Positions 1 through 10,692 of a DNA stretch of 64,000 bases are shown in pieces; position 1 is the first letter of the stretch; each line of letters starts with the position of its first letter. The notes under the pieces were generated by a model that searched no databases, was not told where the DNA came from, and saw nothing but the letters and a program-made list of their open reading frames with translations. Source of the stretch: Candidatus Fermentibacterota bacterium (GTDB lineage: Bacteria > Fermentibacterota > Fermentibacteria > Fermentibacterales > JCC-6); the NCBI GenBank assembly GCA_963845085.1, contig CAWJQI010000004.1, positions 256,001-320,000 of the forward strand, given 5' to 3'. The translations under genes were made by a program, and so were the position numbers.

Positions 1-3000
1 CGTTGCCCCGGCATGGACAGGAGGATGCTCGTCTTCCTCGGACTTCCTGGTATCGCGTGGAGCGAGGGGGAGAACGAGCGTAACGCTCGTGCCTTTTTCG
101 GGTTCGGAATGAATATCGACCTGACCACCGTGCGCGTTGACCGTTCCGTACACTGCGGGCAGCCCCATTCCTGTGCCGTGTCCCACCGGCTTGGTGGTGA
201 AAAAGGGCTCGAAAGCCCGCTCGACTACCGCCGGTTCCATGCCCTTTCCGTTGTCCTCGACCAGAATTTCGATGTGACCGCTGCGGGCACCGTCGACAAC
301 CCCGGGCAGGTTCCTTGTCGACACCCTGATGTATCCTCCCGAGGGGAGGGCGTCACGGGAGTTGAGAACGAGGTTCAGGATTGCGTTGTTGAGCTGCGAC
401 TCGTCACCCGCAACGATAGACTCGTCGGCACACAGCCTTGACACTATCTCGATGCGGCGGTCGATGCTTCGCTCAACCATGGACAGCACGTCCCTGATCA
501 CCTTGTGCATGTCCACGGCGCTGACAACGCTCATCCCCTTGCGGCTGAAGGCGAGGAGCTGCCTGATCAGATCGGCGGACCGCTCCGAGGCTCTCAGAAT
601 GCCCCGGATCATGCGCTTCAGTTCCGGGTCGTCAACGCGGGCCATCAGCCCCTCCGCGTACCCCACAATGCCCATGAGCTGGTTGTTGAAGTCATGGGCC
701 ACTCCCCCCGCAAGTTCGCCGACCGACCTGAGCTTCTCGGAGTGTTGAAGTTCCTGCTCAATCTGCCTGAGCCCGGTGACATCCATGATCACGCCGGTCG
801 TGGACATGACCGAGTCGCTTCTCTTCTCACTGGTCGCCCTGAGCCTGAAAACCCTCTTCTTCCTGCTGTCGTTCTCGGACAGCGTGAAGTCAACTTCGGC
901 TGTCTCCCCCTCCCGGGCGGATATGCGGAGAACGTCCTGTATCTTCTCCCACTCCTCGGTTGACACGATCTCCCGCAGGTGCACCCCGCGATCGTTTCTG
1001 TGCTCTATTCCAAGAATCTCGCACGCCTCGGTGGAAAGATCGACCCTTGAGCGACCGCTGTGGGTGCTCCACTCAATACGCACACCGCCCAGCGAGGCTG
1101 CATTCTGTATCCTCTTCAGGTAGTCGTGGGCTTCCTCGACGCTTCGGCGAGCCTCCATGATCCCTGTCACATCCTGCACGGCGCCGGACACCCTGATGGG
1201 CTCACCCCTGCTGTCGTACTCGAGTTCGGCAACCAGCCTGACCTGCCGCCCCGAGTCATCCACGATGGGCGTGGTAAAGTCCATCCTGGAGCGCGCATAG
1301 GCGAGTTCATCGAATGCGGCCTGAATATCACCGGGGTTCCGGAAAAGCCGGCAGAAAACTGTGAACGGTATTGTTTCATCGCTGCCGGAGTACCCAAGGA
1401 TTGCCCTGGTGTCGCCTGTGAACCAGATCAGGCCGTTCTCGGGTATGAAATCCCAGCAGCCGACCATCGCAATCGAGTGGGTTCTGCGAAGCCTTTTCTC
1501 AAGGCCGCGAAGCATGTTCTCGGCCTTCTTCAGCCCTGTAACATCGACAAAGCTGAGAATCGTGCCGGTCAGGTTGCCCTGTACATCCAGATGGGGCGAG
1601 GCCTTGGTTAGAAACCAGCCCAGTTCGCCTGCATCGAGCTCCCACTGGTCCGTGCCCCCCCTGGCCATAACCCGTTTCACCCTGTCCAGAATGTCGCTGA
1701 TGATGCAGCTGGAAAGATTCGATGCAATGTCAGTCACGACCCGTCCGAGATCCTTCTCATCGAAACGGAAGAAACGGCGAGCGGTCTCGTTGAATTTCCT
1801 GATCTCGAGCTTCTTTCCAAGAAAGATCGCAGCAACGTCGATGCTCTTGAGAAGATTCCCCATGTCGCTGTGAAGCTCGGAGAGCTGGAGGTTCCTGGAC
1901 TTGAGCTCCTCGTTGGCCGAAAGCAGCTCTTCGTTGATCGCCTGAAGCTCCTCGTTGGTGCTGCGGATCTCCTCGCCCCCGGTGAGCAGCTCCTCGTTGG
2001 CCGCCTGAAGCTCGCTGGTGCGGTTCGAAAGGTCATCACGGACCAGCCTGAGCTCCTGTTCAAGGGCGTCCAGCTGACTCTCCAGATCATCGATCCTTCC
2101 CCTGGCGTCGCTGGTAAGCTCGGCGTTGTCGATCACCTTCATGGCGGGAAGCACGCAGTGGGTGAAGGTAACAAGGCACACCCCCCCCATGCCGGAAGGA
2201 GAAACCCTGGTGATCCCGAGATTGACCCCTCCCTCGCGCCAGGGAAGATTCCTGATCTCAACAGGAACGCCCTCCCTGAGAACCTCCCGTACTCCTGCCC
2301 TGACCCTCCCACGGAAATCGGGTGGAAGCATCGTCAGAAGGTCAACATTGGGAAAACCCGAAGGGATTGTAAGGAACTCGTTCAGGTCTCCGTTCAGATG
2401 CAGCAGATGGAAGGACTCATCAACAAAGACACAGGATGGCACGAACGTCTGCATCAGGCATGTGTCGAAACTCGTCCGGGAAAGCCCCCTGCCGGGGTTC
2501 TCGCTGAAGGCTTCAGTTTTCGTCTGAGAGGCGGGTACGCCGTGACGCCTCGGAACATCACCGAAAAAGAAATCAATGGGTTTGCTCAACTCCGCGCATT
2601 TCCTGTAAACACGCCACGTTCCGTCCACCACTTCCAGGCATCCGCTGAACCCGGACGGGCTCTCCCCGTTGCCCATGAAAAGGAACCCGTCCTTCTTCAG
2701 ACTGAACAGAAGCCTTCCCATGACCTTCCGCTGGTTCTCCTCCTTCAGGTACATCACAAGGTTCCTGCAGCTGACCAGGTCGGTTCGCGAGAACGGGGGA
2801 TCCTCGAGGAGGTCATGCCTGTTGAAGACCAGCCTTCGCCTTATGTCAGGGCTGATGGTGAAGCCGAGTGAGGTTTCCGTGACCATTCCCCGATACCTCT
2901 CGGGAAGAGATTCAACGGTCTCGCGCTTGAAAACGGCCTTTGATGCGGAATGAACGGACTCTTCGGAGATGTCGGTGGCGAAGATGGTGAAGTCACCGCC

Positions 3001-3405
3001 GCAGCCCTTCGAGTAATCCTCGAGAAGCATCGCCAGGGAGTAGACCTCGTGGCCTCTGGAACAGCCCGCCACCCATACCCGCACGGGTTCCCCGCCCGCC
3101 CTTTCGAAGAGCTGCGGAAGAACCTTTTTCTCAATGACCTTGAAGGCCTCGGGATCCCTGAAGAAGGAGGTCACCCCGATGAGAAAATCCGCAGCAAGGG
3201 ATGAAACCTCTTCAGGTTCCTTCTCGAGGATCGTGACATACTCGGAAAGGGAGGTAAGGTTTCGGGCGGCCATTCTGCGCAGATACCTGCGGCGCAGGGT
3301 GTTCATCTTGTAGGAAAAGAAGTCGACCCCTGCCCGTTCGGAGGCGGTCTGAACCAGGAGGAACTCCCAGTCCTCCCTGCGGAAAACGCCCTTGTCACCT
3401 TCCAT
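1..3405 (-). CDS. CheR-type methyltransferase / PAS / histidine kinase fusion; partial, runs off the window start and probably ends in a receiver domain
   Basis: Missing from the ORF track because there is no stop in the window. Manual translation from ATG 3405: MEGDKGVF..., CheR motifs IGVTSFFRDPEAF, RVWVAGCSRGHEVYSLAM, IFATDIS and DLVSCRNLVMY, an ELQAANEEL coiled coil, PAS domains, H-box GELAGGVAHDFNNQL and ATPase box FEPFFTTKPVGHGTGMGL. Confidence 0.9.
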   Translation of the reverse strand, partial: MEGDKGVFRREDWEFLLVQTASERAGVDFFSYKMNTLRRRYLRRMAARNLTSLSEYVTILEKEPEEVSSLAADFLIGVTSFFRDPEAFKVIEKKVLPQLFERAGGEPVRVWVAGCSRGHEVYSLAMLLEDYSKGCGGDFTIFATDISEESVHSASKAVFKRETVESLPERYRGMVTETSLGFTISPDIRRRLVFNRHDLLEDPPFSRTDLVSCRNLVMYLKEENQRKVMGRLLFSLKKDGFLFMGNGESPSGFSGCLEVVDGTWRVYRKCAELSKPIDFFFGDVPRRHGVPASQTKTEAFSENPGRGLSRTSFDTCLMQTFVPSCVFVDESFHLLHLNGDLNEFLTIPSGFPNVDLLTMLPPDFRGRVRAGVREVLREGVPVEIRNLPWREGGVNLGITRVSPSGMGGVCLVTFTHCVLPAMKVIDNAELTSDARGRIDDLESQLDALEQELRLVRDDLSNRTSELQAANEELLTGGEEIRSTNEELQAINEELLSANEELKSRNLQLSELHSDMGNLLKSIDVAAIFLGKKLEIRKFNETARRFFRFDEKDLGRVVTDIASNLSSCIISDILDRVKRVMARGGTDQWELDAGELGWFLTKASPHLDVQGNLTGTILSFVDVTGLKKAENMLRGLEKRLRRTHSIAMVGCWDFIPENGLIWFTGDTRAILGYSGSDETIPFTVFCRLFRNPGDIQAAFDELAYARSRMDFTTPIVDDSGRQVRLVAELEYDSRGEPIRVSGAVQDVTGIMEARRSVEEAHDYLKRIQNAASLGGVRIEWSTHSGRSRVDLSTEACEILGIEHRNDRGVHLREIVSTEEWEKIQDVLRISAREGETAEVDFTLSENDSRKKRVFRLRATSEKRSDSVMSTTGVIMDVTGLRQIEQELQHSEKLRSVGELAGGVAHDFNNQLMGIVGYAEGLMARVDDPELKRMIRGILRASERSADLIRQLLAFSRKGMSVVSAVDMHKVIRDVLSMVERSIDRRIEIVSRLCADESIVAGDESQLNNAILNLVLNSRDALPSGGYIRVSTRNLPGVVDGARSGHIEILVEDNGKGMEPAVVERAFEPFFTTKPVGHGTGMGLPAVYGTVNAHGGQVDIHSEPEKGTSVTLVLPLAPRDTRKSEEDEHPPVHAGAT

Positions 3406-3465
3406 TGCGCGACAATACCTCACAACCGGAGTAAAATGCAACACAAATAACGGCTATCACACCTG

Positions 3466-4506
3466 TCAGTTCATCACCGCCACGGGAGCATCGTGGGCCA
3501 GGGAGTAGTGACCGCTCGTGATCACCTGGTCACCCTCGACGATACCCTCGGTGACCGACACGGTTCCCCTGCCCCGGGCACCCACCGTCACGTAGACCCA
3601 TTTTGCCCTGCCATCCTCCACCACGAAAACCATGTCGCGGTTGTCGCGGATAAGAACAGCCTCCTCCGGAATGACAAGGGAGCCGGGATTTTCCGAGACA
3701 ACGATCTCCACACGCGCAGTCGCGCCGGGGCGGAGGTTCAGAACGCCCGGCAGATCGATCATGACTGTTCCGGCACGGTATGACGGATTCACGACCGGGG
3801 AAACAGAAAACACCGTTCCGACAATGGTGGTGTCGACCAGCGACGGAATCGTGACAAACGCCCTGCTGCCCTGAACGCACCGGGCGAGCTGCCTTTCATC
3901 AAGTTCCACTCTCACCTGAAGGGCAAGCGGGTCAACAAGTTCACCAAGCAGTGTTCCGGGGTAGACCGTCATGCCCTCATGAGCCGAGACCGATGCCACA
4001 ACACCGTCGAAACCGGCCCTGATGGCGCTGTTCGAGTACTGCGTACCGGCCCTGGCAAGGGTGGCCTGGGCCTGCTCGAGGCCGGTGGTCTGCCGAAGCA
4101 TCTGCCGTACTTCTTCGGTGAGTTCGCCCTGATAGTTGTCACATTCGAACTGGTACATCACCTGGGCGCTTCTCTGTGCGCTGGAGGCGGCGGCCAGATT
4201 TGCGGAGTACTCTCCCGATGCAACCCTGAAGATCACGTCACCTGCCGAGAAGGCGGTTCCGTCGCAGAGGGGGGCCTGCACGACCTGCCCCTGGATCTGA
4301 GCCGTAAGTGTCTGATTCCTTTGGCTTTCCACCCTGCCGGTCGCATTGATCACTTCGAAGAGGGTGTCCACCATGGCTGCGGAGGCCGTGACCGGAAGCG
4401 GGGATGGCTCGAGCGCCTCCCTTTCGGTTTCCTCAGCCTCTCCTCCACAGCCGAAAACAGCCAGCAAACACACCGCTGCCGCCAGAAGACGGCTAGACCT
4501 TTTCAT
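3466..4506 (-). CDS. RND efflux periplasmic adaptor (membrane fusion protein), lipoprotein
   Basis: Start re-called at MKRSSRLL with GGAGGAGG RBS. Lipobox-like VFGC; IRAGFDGVV, IPEEAV and GDQVITSG adaptor motifs. Confidence 0.88.
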   Translation of the reverse strand: MKRSSRLLAAAVCLLAVFGCGGEAEETEREALEPSPLPVTASAAMVDTLFEVINATGRVESQRNQTLTAQIQGQVVQAPLCDGTAFSAGDVIFRVASGEYSANLAAASSAQRSAQVMYQFECDNYQGELTEEVRQMLRQTTGLEQAQATLARAGTQYSNSAIRAGFDGVVASVSAHEGMTVYPGTLLGELVDPLALQVRVELDERQLARCVQGSRAFVTIPSLVDTTIVGTVFSVSPVVNPSYRAGTVMIDLPGVLNLRPGATARVEIVVSENPGSLVIPEEAVLIRDNRDMVFVVEDGRAKWVYVTVGARGRGTVSVTEGIVEGDQVITSGHYSLAHDAPVAVMN

Positions 4507-7500
4507 TCCTCCTCCTTCGGGAAGTGACCTGAATGAGCGCGGGCAGGGCAACCAGGACCAGGGGAGTACTGACGACCATGCCACAGACCACCGTGAAGGA
4601 AAGCGTTCCCCAGAGGTCCTGACCCGAAATGGGCCACAGGACCAGGGGCAGAAGACCCACTATGGTTGTGGCGGTGGTCTGCAGAACCGGCCTCAGCCTT
4701 TCCTGTACCACCATGTCTACCGCCGTCTTCACGGGAATGCCTTCCTTCTCCTTCTTCACATAGCTGTCCACCAGGAGGATCGAGTTGTTCACCGCGATCC
4801 CCACAAGAAAAACGCTTCCCACGTATGCTTCGGGGCTGAACACCCTGCCGAAGGCCCAGAAGCCCGCAACCACTCCGACCAGGGCCATCGGCACGACCGC
4901 GAGCACCCACAGGGGTGCGGAAAGGCTTTCGAAGATAATTGCGGTCACCGCGAACACGGCAAGGATGGCAAGGACCACGAGCAGGTTCATGTCTGCGCCT
5001 TCGTCCCTTCGAAGCCACTCCGGCAGCCAGTCCGTGTCTTCGTATACCCTGTATCCCGACGGGAGTTCAAGGCTTTCCAGAAGGGTTGTTCTGAACCTTG
5101 CCGCCATGCGTTCCGCACCCATGAAGGAGTAGGCGATTGTTCGCAGATACTCGCCATTTTCCCTTGCGATCGAGCCCTGCACCGAGAGGGTGTCGATCTC
5201 AACAACGTCACCGAGCCGGATCGTGCCTCCGCTTGTTCTCACACCGCTTCCGAGAACATCAGCCAGATCGGGGTTTTCCCTGCCTTCAAGCCTGAATGAG
5301 AGATCCAGGGAGGTGTCGCCCACCCTCACCTGGCCGCCGTAACCTCCCGCAAAGTTGTATGCGAAGGCCTGGAGAAGCTGCACCGGGTTCAGACCAAGGT
5401 CAGCCAGTTCCTGTCTGTCGAATACGACAACAAGCTGGTCCCGGTTCATCTCCCTTCTTGAGAAGTTGATGTCGACGTCCTGGATTCGGGGATGCGAGGA
5501 CAGGAGGGCTTCGATGCTCAACGCGATATTCTTGAGCCCCTGGTAGTCATATCCGCGGATCTCGATGGTCTGCATCATGCCAGCGCTGGTTGTTGTTCTC
5601 CAGTATCCCTCCGGGCTGATGCCGCCCGCAAAGATCGTGCTGGCGCCACCTATCGCTGTAGCAAGGGCCATCGCCTCGGCCTCGACCTGAAGGGCCAGGC
5701 CGCTTTCAAGCGCCTCGTCTTCGAATTCGCTCCAGATGGATGCGGATTCACCCCATACGTAGGTTCGGGAGGCAGTGACACCTTCCCGTCCGGCCATGAT
5801 CTCCTCGAATTGTCTCGCAACGCCGTCAACGATGTCCTGCGGGGTTCCGGGAGGAAATTCGAAGGAGACGTAGACAATGTTCCTCTGCCACCCTCCGAAG
5901 TTCCACGTTTCGCCGTGCTCAACTTTCGCTATAAGCACGTAAATGGATGCGCAGACCAGGAGAATGGTCGAGTTCAGGACCAGCCACGGCCTGTGATGCA
6001 GCATGGAAACCCATCTCGCGAGCGTCCTGTCCCATAGCCTTTCCTTGTACCAGTCGCTTTTGCCGCGGTGGCCCGCGATCGACGGAACAAGCGAAAGACA
6101 GACCACATAGGAAGCCATGAGGGTCGCTGCCACGGTAAAGGCAAAGGGTTTGTAATAGAGCCTCAGAACACCTTCGCTGGCGAGCAGTGGAACAAGGGCC
6201 ACGAGGGTGGTGAGAATGCCTCCCATGATGGGTACCTTGACTTCAGCAGCGCCGACCAGGGCGGCCTGCATCGGGGGCATGCCCTGTCGCCTCCTGTAGG
6301 CGATGGCTTCGATCACCACGACCGCTCCGTCGACAAGAAGGCCGAAGGCAATTGCAAGGGCACTGAGTGTGAGGACATTGATGGTGTAGCCGGCGAGGAA
6401 AACCGCAGTGACAGCCATCGCTGCGCTGAAGAGTATCGAACTGAGAACAAGGGGCGTTGTCATGGGGCTTGGGTTGAGAAGAAGCAGGACCAGCGTGATG
6501 AGGACAACCGAGAGCAAGGCGCGCCAGGACAGCGAGTTCAGATCCTTGACGATGCCCTCGGTGCCATCCTCGGTGAGGTCGATTTCCACCCCTGCCGGAA
6601 GACTTTCCTGAAGGCTTTCGACCCTGTCGAAAACCCTTCGCGCCGTGGCAACGGCGTTACTTCCGGGGCTTCTGTCGACCTGGAGGGACACCTGGTCAAG
6701 ACCGTTGTAGCGGAAGACAGCGCCGGTCTGATCGGAATAGCTAACGCTGACGCCGTGCGAAATGTCGCCGATTGTCACGAACCGGCCACCCCGGTAGGCG
6801 AGCGGTATCGTCTCGATGCCTGAGGGGACCCCCGGCACGCTGCTGACCCTGAGAACGGCCTCGATGCCGGAGGAATCAGCCACGACGCCGACGTTCCTGT
6901 CCACGATGCCGCTGCGGATGGCGTACACTACCTGGGCGAGGGTGAGGTCGCAGGCTTTGAGGGCTTCAAGGTCGATGTCGATGATGATTTCCTCAGAGCC
7001 CAGCCCCTCCACTATCACGGAGCTGACCCCGTCGACCCTCTCAAGGGCGGGTACGATGACGTCTTCCGAGAGCTGCTTCAAGACCGGGCGCTCGGCTCCG
7101 ATCAGGCTGTAGACAAGGAAACCCTCGCTCTCCATCTCCCGTGGGACCGACTGTGTGATCTGGCTTGGCTGCACCGTGGCGGGCAGTTCCCGGCGGATCA
7201 TGCTGATCCTCTCGGTCAGTTCCATGGCCACAACGTCCATGTCAGTGCCCTTGGCGAACGAGACCGTCACGGTGCTGGCTCCGAGCATCGAAGTGGATGA
7301 AACCTCCTCCACTCCTCCCACCTGTCTGGCAGCCTCCTCGATCGGCCTGGTAACCTGTTCGCACACGGCTTCGGGATCGGCACCGGCCCACGTGGTGCTC
7401 ACGCTGAGGCTTGGCAGAGTGGTGTCGGGAGTGCCCTCAACGGGAATCCTGAAGACCGAAACCACCGCGAGGCCGAGAAGGGCGATGTACGCCATGGCCG

Positions 7501-7534
7501 TGCCCCGGGGGCGTCTGAGAACAAGGTCGATCAA
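4493..7534 (-). CDS. RND transporter permease (AcrB/AcrD/AcrF family), subunit 2
   Basis: 1013 aa; GLLVDGAVVVIE, GIAVNNSILLV and RLRPVLQTTATT; 12-TM layout with two large periplasmic loops. Confidence 0.92.
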   Translation of the reverse strand: MIDLVLRRPRGTAMAYIALLGLAVVSVFRIPVEGTPDTTLPSLSVSTTWAGADPEAVCEQVTRPIEEAARQVGGVEEVSSTSMLGASTVTVSFAKGTDMDVVAMELTERISMIRRELPATVQPSQITQSVPREMESEGFLVYSLIGAERPVLKQLSEDVIVPALERVDGVSSVIVEGLGSEEIIIDIDLEALKACDLTLAQVVYAIRSGIVDRNVGVVADSSGIEAVLRVSSVPGVPSGIETIPLAYRGGRFVTIGDISHGVSVSYSDQTGAVFRYNGLDQVSLQVDRSPGSNAVATARRVFDRVESLQESLPAGVEIDLTEDGTEGIVKDLNSLSWRALLSVVLITLVLLLLNPSPMTTPLVLSSILFSAAMAVTAVFLAGYTINVLTLSALAIAFGLLVDGAVVVIEAIAYRRRQGMPPMQAALVGAAEVKVPIMGGILTTLVALVPLLASEGVLRLYYKPFAFTVAATLMASYVVCLSLVPSIAGHRGKSDWYKERLWDRTLARWVSMLHHRPWLVLNSTILLVCASIYVLIAKVEHGETWNFGGWQRNIVYVSFEFPPGTPQDIVDGVARQFEEIMAGREGVTASRTYVWGESASIWSEFEDEALESGLALQVEAEAMALATAIGGASTIFAGGISPEGYWRTTTSAGMMQTIEIRGYDYQGLKNIALSIEALLSSHPRIQDVDINFSRREMNRDQLVVVFDRQELADLGLNPVQLLQAFAYNFAGGYGGQVRVGDTSLDLSFRLEGRENPDLADVLGSGVRTSGGTIRLGDVVEIDTLSVQGSIARENGEYLRTIAYSFMGAERMAARFRTTLLESLELPSGYRVYEDTDWLPEWLRRDEGADMNLLVVLAILAVFAVTAIIFESLSAPLWVLAVVPMALVGVVAGFWAFGRVFSPEAYVGSVFLVGIAVNNSILLVDSYVKKEKEGIPVKTAVDMVVQERLRPVLQTTATTIVGLLPLVLWPISGQDLWGTLSFTVVCGMVVSTPLVLVALPALIQVTSRRRRNEKV

Positions 7535-10500
7535 CGCCGGCCTTCCCTGAACAGGCTGTAGAGGATGGGAACAACGACAAGTGTGAGCAGTGTGGCAACC
7601 ATGATCCCCCCGATGACCGCCACGGCCAGGGGTTTTCTGAGGGCAGCGCCCGCACCGAGCCCGAGGGCCATGGGCAAAAGACCGAGGACGGTCGTGGCAG
7701 TGGTCATCAGAACCGGCCTGAACCTGTCGCGGCCCGCGCCGAGAATGGCGTCGTGGGTGGAATCCCCCTGCCTGCGAAGCTGGCTGATGCGCTCAACAAG
7801 AAGAATGCCGTCGTTCACCACGATCCCGGAAAGGATCACCAGCCCGATCCCGGACAGGGCGTTCCAGCTCTGGCCCGTGACGGCGAGAGCGAGAACCACG
7901 CCGATCACGCCAAGGGGTACGGTGAACATTATTATGAACGGCTCAATGAAATTCTCGAACTGCACCGCCAGAAGAACGTAAACCAGGGCGATGGCAAGCA
8001 CTGCGGCAAGCAGCAGGCTGGAGACGGTCCTGTCCATCTCCTCGATCTCGGGGCCGATGCGCAGCCTGACCGGCATGCCGGAGAGCACTGTGCCCGAAAG
8101 CCTTCTGACGCGCTCGGAGGTGCCCGCCATGTTGGCGCCCCCTCCGGCCACGGCGACTGCCACAGCCCGGTTGCCCTGGTAGTGTTCAATGAAACCGGGG
8201 GTGTCGCGAACGGCAGAGGATACGAGCCTGGAAAGCTGCACCAGGCCCCCCTCCGTTGGCATTGCCCGCGCAAGCAGAGAATCGAGGCGGATGCCTTCGC
8301 CCCTGTCCCCCAGCACGACCACGTCAACCCGCTCGTCCTGACGGTAGTAGGTGGTGGCGTTGAGTCCCCGCGAAAGGCTTTCAATAAAGTCCGCAACCTC
8401 GCCGATCGACAGCCCGAGCAGGGTGAGCAGTTCCTGGTCGGGAGTGAGGACTATCTCGGGTTTGCCCGGAAGGTACTGCACATCCGCACCCACCACTCCG
8501 GGAACATCCCTGATCACAGCAGCGGACAGTTCCTCGGCTGCGGCGAGGGTTATATCCAGGTTGTCACCCTCGAGAAAGACGGTAAATCCGCTTCCACCGC
8601 CAAGTATCTGCCCAAGAAGACCTTCCCTGACTGATACCTGAAGCGGGAAACTGAAGAGGGCATTCCATGAGTCCCTGATCGGACCCACGGCCTCCAGTGC
8701 CTCCCCCGAGTTCCGGTAGTAGGACGTGAGAAGTGCGTCAACACCCTCCTCGGCCCTCACGCCGACACGACCGCTCGTCCATTCGGCCCCGGAAAGGGCG
8801 GCCACCTCCTCTGCCGTTTCGGAAAGCTGCACGAGGCGATCCATCGACGTGCCCTCATCAGCACTGAACGAAAGCTCAAGCTGGTTCTCGGGCACCTCGG
8901 GCAGAAGCTGCATGGGCAGGAGTACGGCGCCCACGAGTGCAACGGCGGTTGCAGCGATTGTGGCGGTCAGAATGGTCCGGCGCCTTTTCAGGGCCTTCTC
9001 AAGGAACCGGCAGTACCAGTCCTTCAGGGAGGCAGTCACATCCTTCGAGGGGCCGGCATTGCCGATCCTGGCGGCGAGGGCGGGGATCACGGTGACGGCA
9101 ACGAGCAGGCTCGCCATGAGGGCGGAACCCACCGCAAGGGCCTGATCCCGGAAGAGCTGGCTGGTTATGCCTTCCATGTAGACAACGGGGAAGAACACGA
9201 CCACCGTCGTGAGAGTGCTTGCCACAATGGCCTGTCCGACCTCGTTCGTTCCGGTGATCGCCGAGGAATGCCGCCCTTCGCCGAGCTCGCGGCGCCTGTA
9301 AATCGCCTCGAGCACAACAACGGCGTTGTCCACCAGCAGACCCGAACCCAGCGCCAGCCCGCCCAGGCTCATGATGTTGACAGTCACTCCCGCGATGTAA
9401 AGGAAGAAAAGGGAGATCGCGATGCTCAGTGGAATTGAAATCCCGAGCACCAGCGGGCTCTTCCAGTCACGCAGGAAAAGGAACAGGATTCCGAAGGCCA
9501 GGAGACCTCCGAAGATGAGCGCTTCGACGACGCCGCCTATCGACTCGCGGATGAAGCCCGCATCGTTCTGAATCACCGACAGTGACAGTTCGGGGTAGGC
9601 GAGGGAGAGGTCTTCCATGAGGCCCTCGACACTGGCTGACACATCGACGGTGTTGGCCTCGGCCATTTTTCTGACGCGGAGGATGATGGCACGCCTGCCG
9701 TTGTAGCTGGCCCACTCGGAAGGAGGCCTCTCATCGAGGTAGACCTCGGCCACATCGCCGAGCAGAAGCGGCGAAGATCCGAGCGACCCGATCACGGTGT
9801 TCTCGACATCCTCGAGTGTTTCGAACTCGCCCTGAAGGGAGAGGAAAAACTCCTTCTGGCCGTCGAGGACCTCGCCTCCGCCACCCATGATGGCATTGGC
9901 CCCGGCAAGGGCTGCACTGATCATCGAGGGGTCGAGGCCGAGCTCCTCCATCACCCCGGGACGAAGCCTTACGAAAACGGCCGGGTCGGCACCGCCGTCG
10001 ACAGTAACGGATGCGACCCCGTCTGCCTGTTCGAGACGCGCAGTCACAACGCGGCGGGCAAAATCGGTTATGTCGGTCCAGGAGCCGTCCATCGTCAGGA
10101 GGATCTCCATGAAGGGGCGGGAGGAGGGGTCGTAGTCGACCATCGTGGGCCGGCCCGTACCATCGGGCAGCGACCAGCTCGCGATGTCGAGCTTCTCGCG
10201 CACCTCCAGCCTTGTGAAGTCCATGTTGGTGCCCCACTCGAACTCAAGTGTGATGCGGCTCATGTCGCCGTAGGAGCGCGATGTGTAGGACCGCAGCCCT
10301 CTTACGCCGGCCAGCGCGTCTTCGAGGGGGTCGGTCACAAGCCTTTCCACTTCGAAGGGGCTCGACGAAGGGTATGTGGTTTCAATCGTGAGCCGCGGGT
10401 ACTCGACTGAGGGCAGAAGGTCCACCGGCATTCGGATCACGGCTACGGCACCCAGCACAGCGGCCACAAGGGAAAGAACGGTCACCGCCACGGGGCGGGA

Positions 10501-10539
10501 AACGGCGGATCCGGTCAGCTTCAAAATCCCTCCCTTCAA
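7531..10539 (-). CDS. RND transporter permease (AcrB/AcrD/AcrF family), subunit 1
   Basis: 1002 aa; GLLVDNAVVVLE, GIVVNDGILLV and RFRPVLMTTATTVLGLLP; overlaps the next gene by 4 nt. Confidence 0.93.
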   Translation of the reverse strand: MKGGILKLTGSAVSRPVAVTVLSLVAAVLGAVAVIRMPVDLLPSVEYPRLTIETTYPSSSPFEVERLVTDPLEDALAGVRGLRSYTSRSYGDMSRITLEFEWGTNMDFTRLEVREKLDIASWSLPDGTGRPTMVDYDPSSRPFMEILLTMDGSWTDITDFARRVVTARLEQADGVASVTVDGGADPAVFVRLRPGVMEELGLDPSMISAALAGANAIMGGGGEVLDGQKEFFLSLQGEFETLEDVENTVIGSLGSSPLLLGDVAEVYLDERPPSEWASYNGRRAIILRVRKMAEANTVDVSASVEGLMEDLSLAYPELSLSVIQNDAGFIRESIGGVVEALIFGGLLAFGILFLFLRDWKSPLVLGISIPLSIAISLFFLYIAGVTVNIMSLGGLALGSGLLVDNAVVVLEAIYRRRELGEGRHSSAITGTNEVGQAIVASTLTTVVVFFPVVYMEGITSQLFRDQALAVGSALMASLLVAVTVIPALAARIGNAGPSKDVTASLKDWYCRFLEKALKRRRTILTATIAATAVALVGAVLLPMQLLPEVPENQLELSFSADEGTSMDRLVQLSETAEEVAALSGAEWTSGRVGVRAEEGVDALLTSYYRNSGEALEAVGPIRDSWNALFSFPLQVSVREGLLGQILGGGSGFTVFLEGDNLDITLAAAEELSAAVIRDVPGVVGADVQYLPGKPEIVLTPDQELLTLLGLSIGEVADFIESLSRGLNATTYYRQDERVDVVVLGDRGEGIRLDSLLARAMPTEGGLVQLSRLVSSAVRDTPGFIEHYQGNRAVAVAVAGGGANMAGTSERVRRLSGTVLSGMPVRLRIGPEIEEMDRTVSSLLLAAVLAIALVYVLLAVQFENFIEPFIIMFTVPLGVIGVVLALAVTGQSWNALSGIGLVILSGIVVNDGILLVERISQLRRQGDSTHDAILGAGRDRFRPVLMTTATTVLGLLPMALGLGAGAALRKPLAVAVIGGIMVATLLTLVVVPILYSLFREGRR

Positions 10540-10589
10540 GGCGGAACAAGTATTTCCCGAAAGCTAATAAAAACCGGAGGAACAGCGCA

Positions 10590-10622
10590 AACCGGCAGAT
10601 GCTTATCGGCGTATTGCCGGTT
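10590..10622. terminator. Inverted repeat downstream of ptrB, possible terminator
   Basis: AACCGGCA...TGCCGGTT arms with further internal pairing; no clear U-tract. Confidence 0.35.
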
Positions 10623-10692
10623 GATTATGGACCTATCCGATTATTAATACTGCCAAATACCGATGCCCTGGCGAAAACCGCCCCGCCCCGTT

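Noticed and set aside
1870..2070. Repeated GAGCTCCTCGTTGG-like units resembling a repeat array or CRISPR
   Set aside because: They encode the NEEL heptad coiled coil of the CheR kinase and have no spacer structure.
13..3204. Long plus-strand ORFs here (e.g. 1870..2871) and similar ones elsewhere (47855..49198, 60108..61457)
   Set aside because: They are antisense shadows of well-supported genes on the opposite strand, which is common in GC-rich DNA, and they contain no recognisable motifs.
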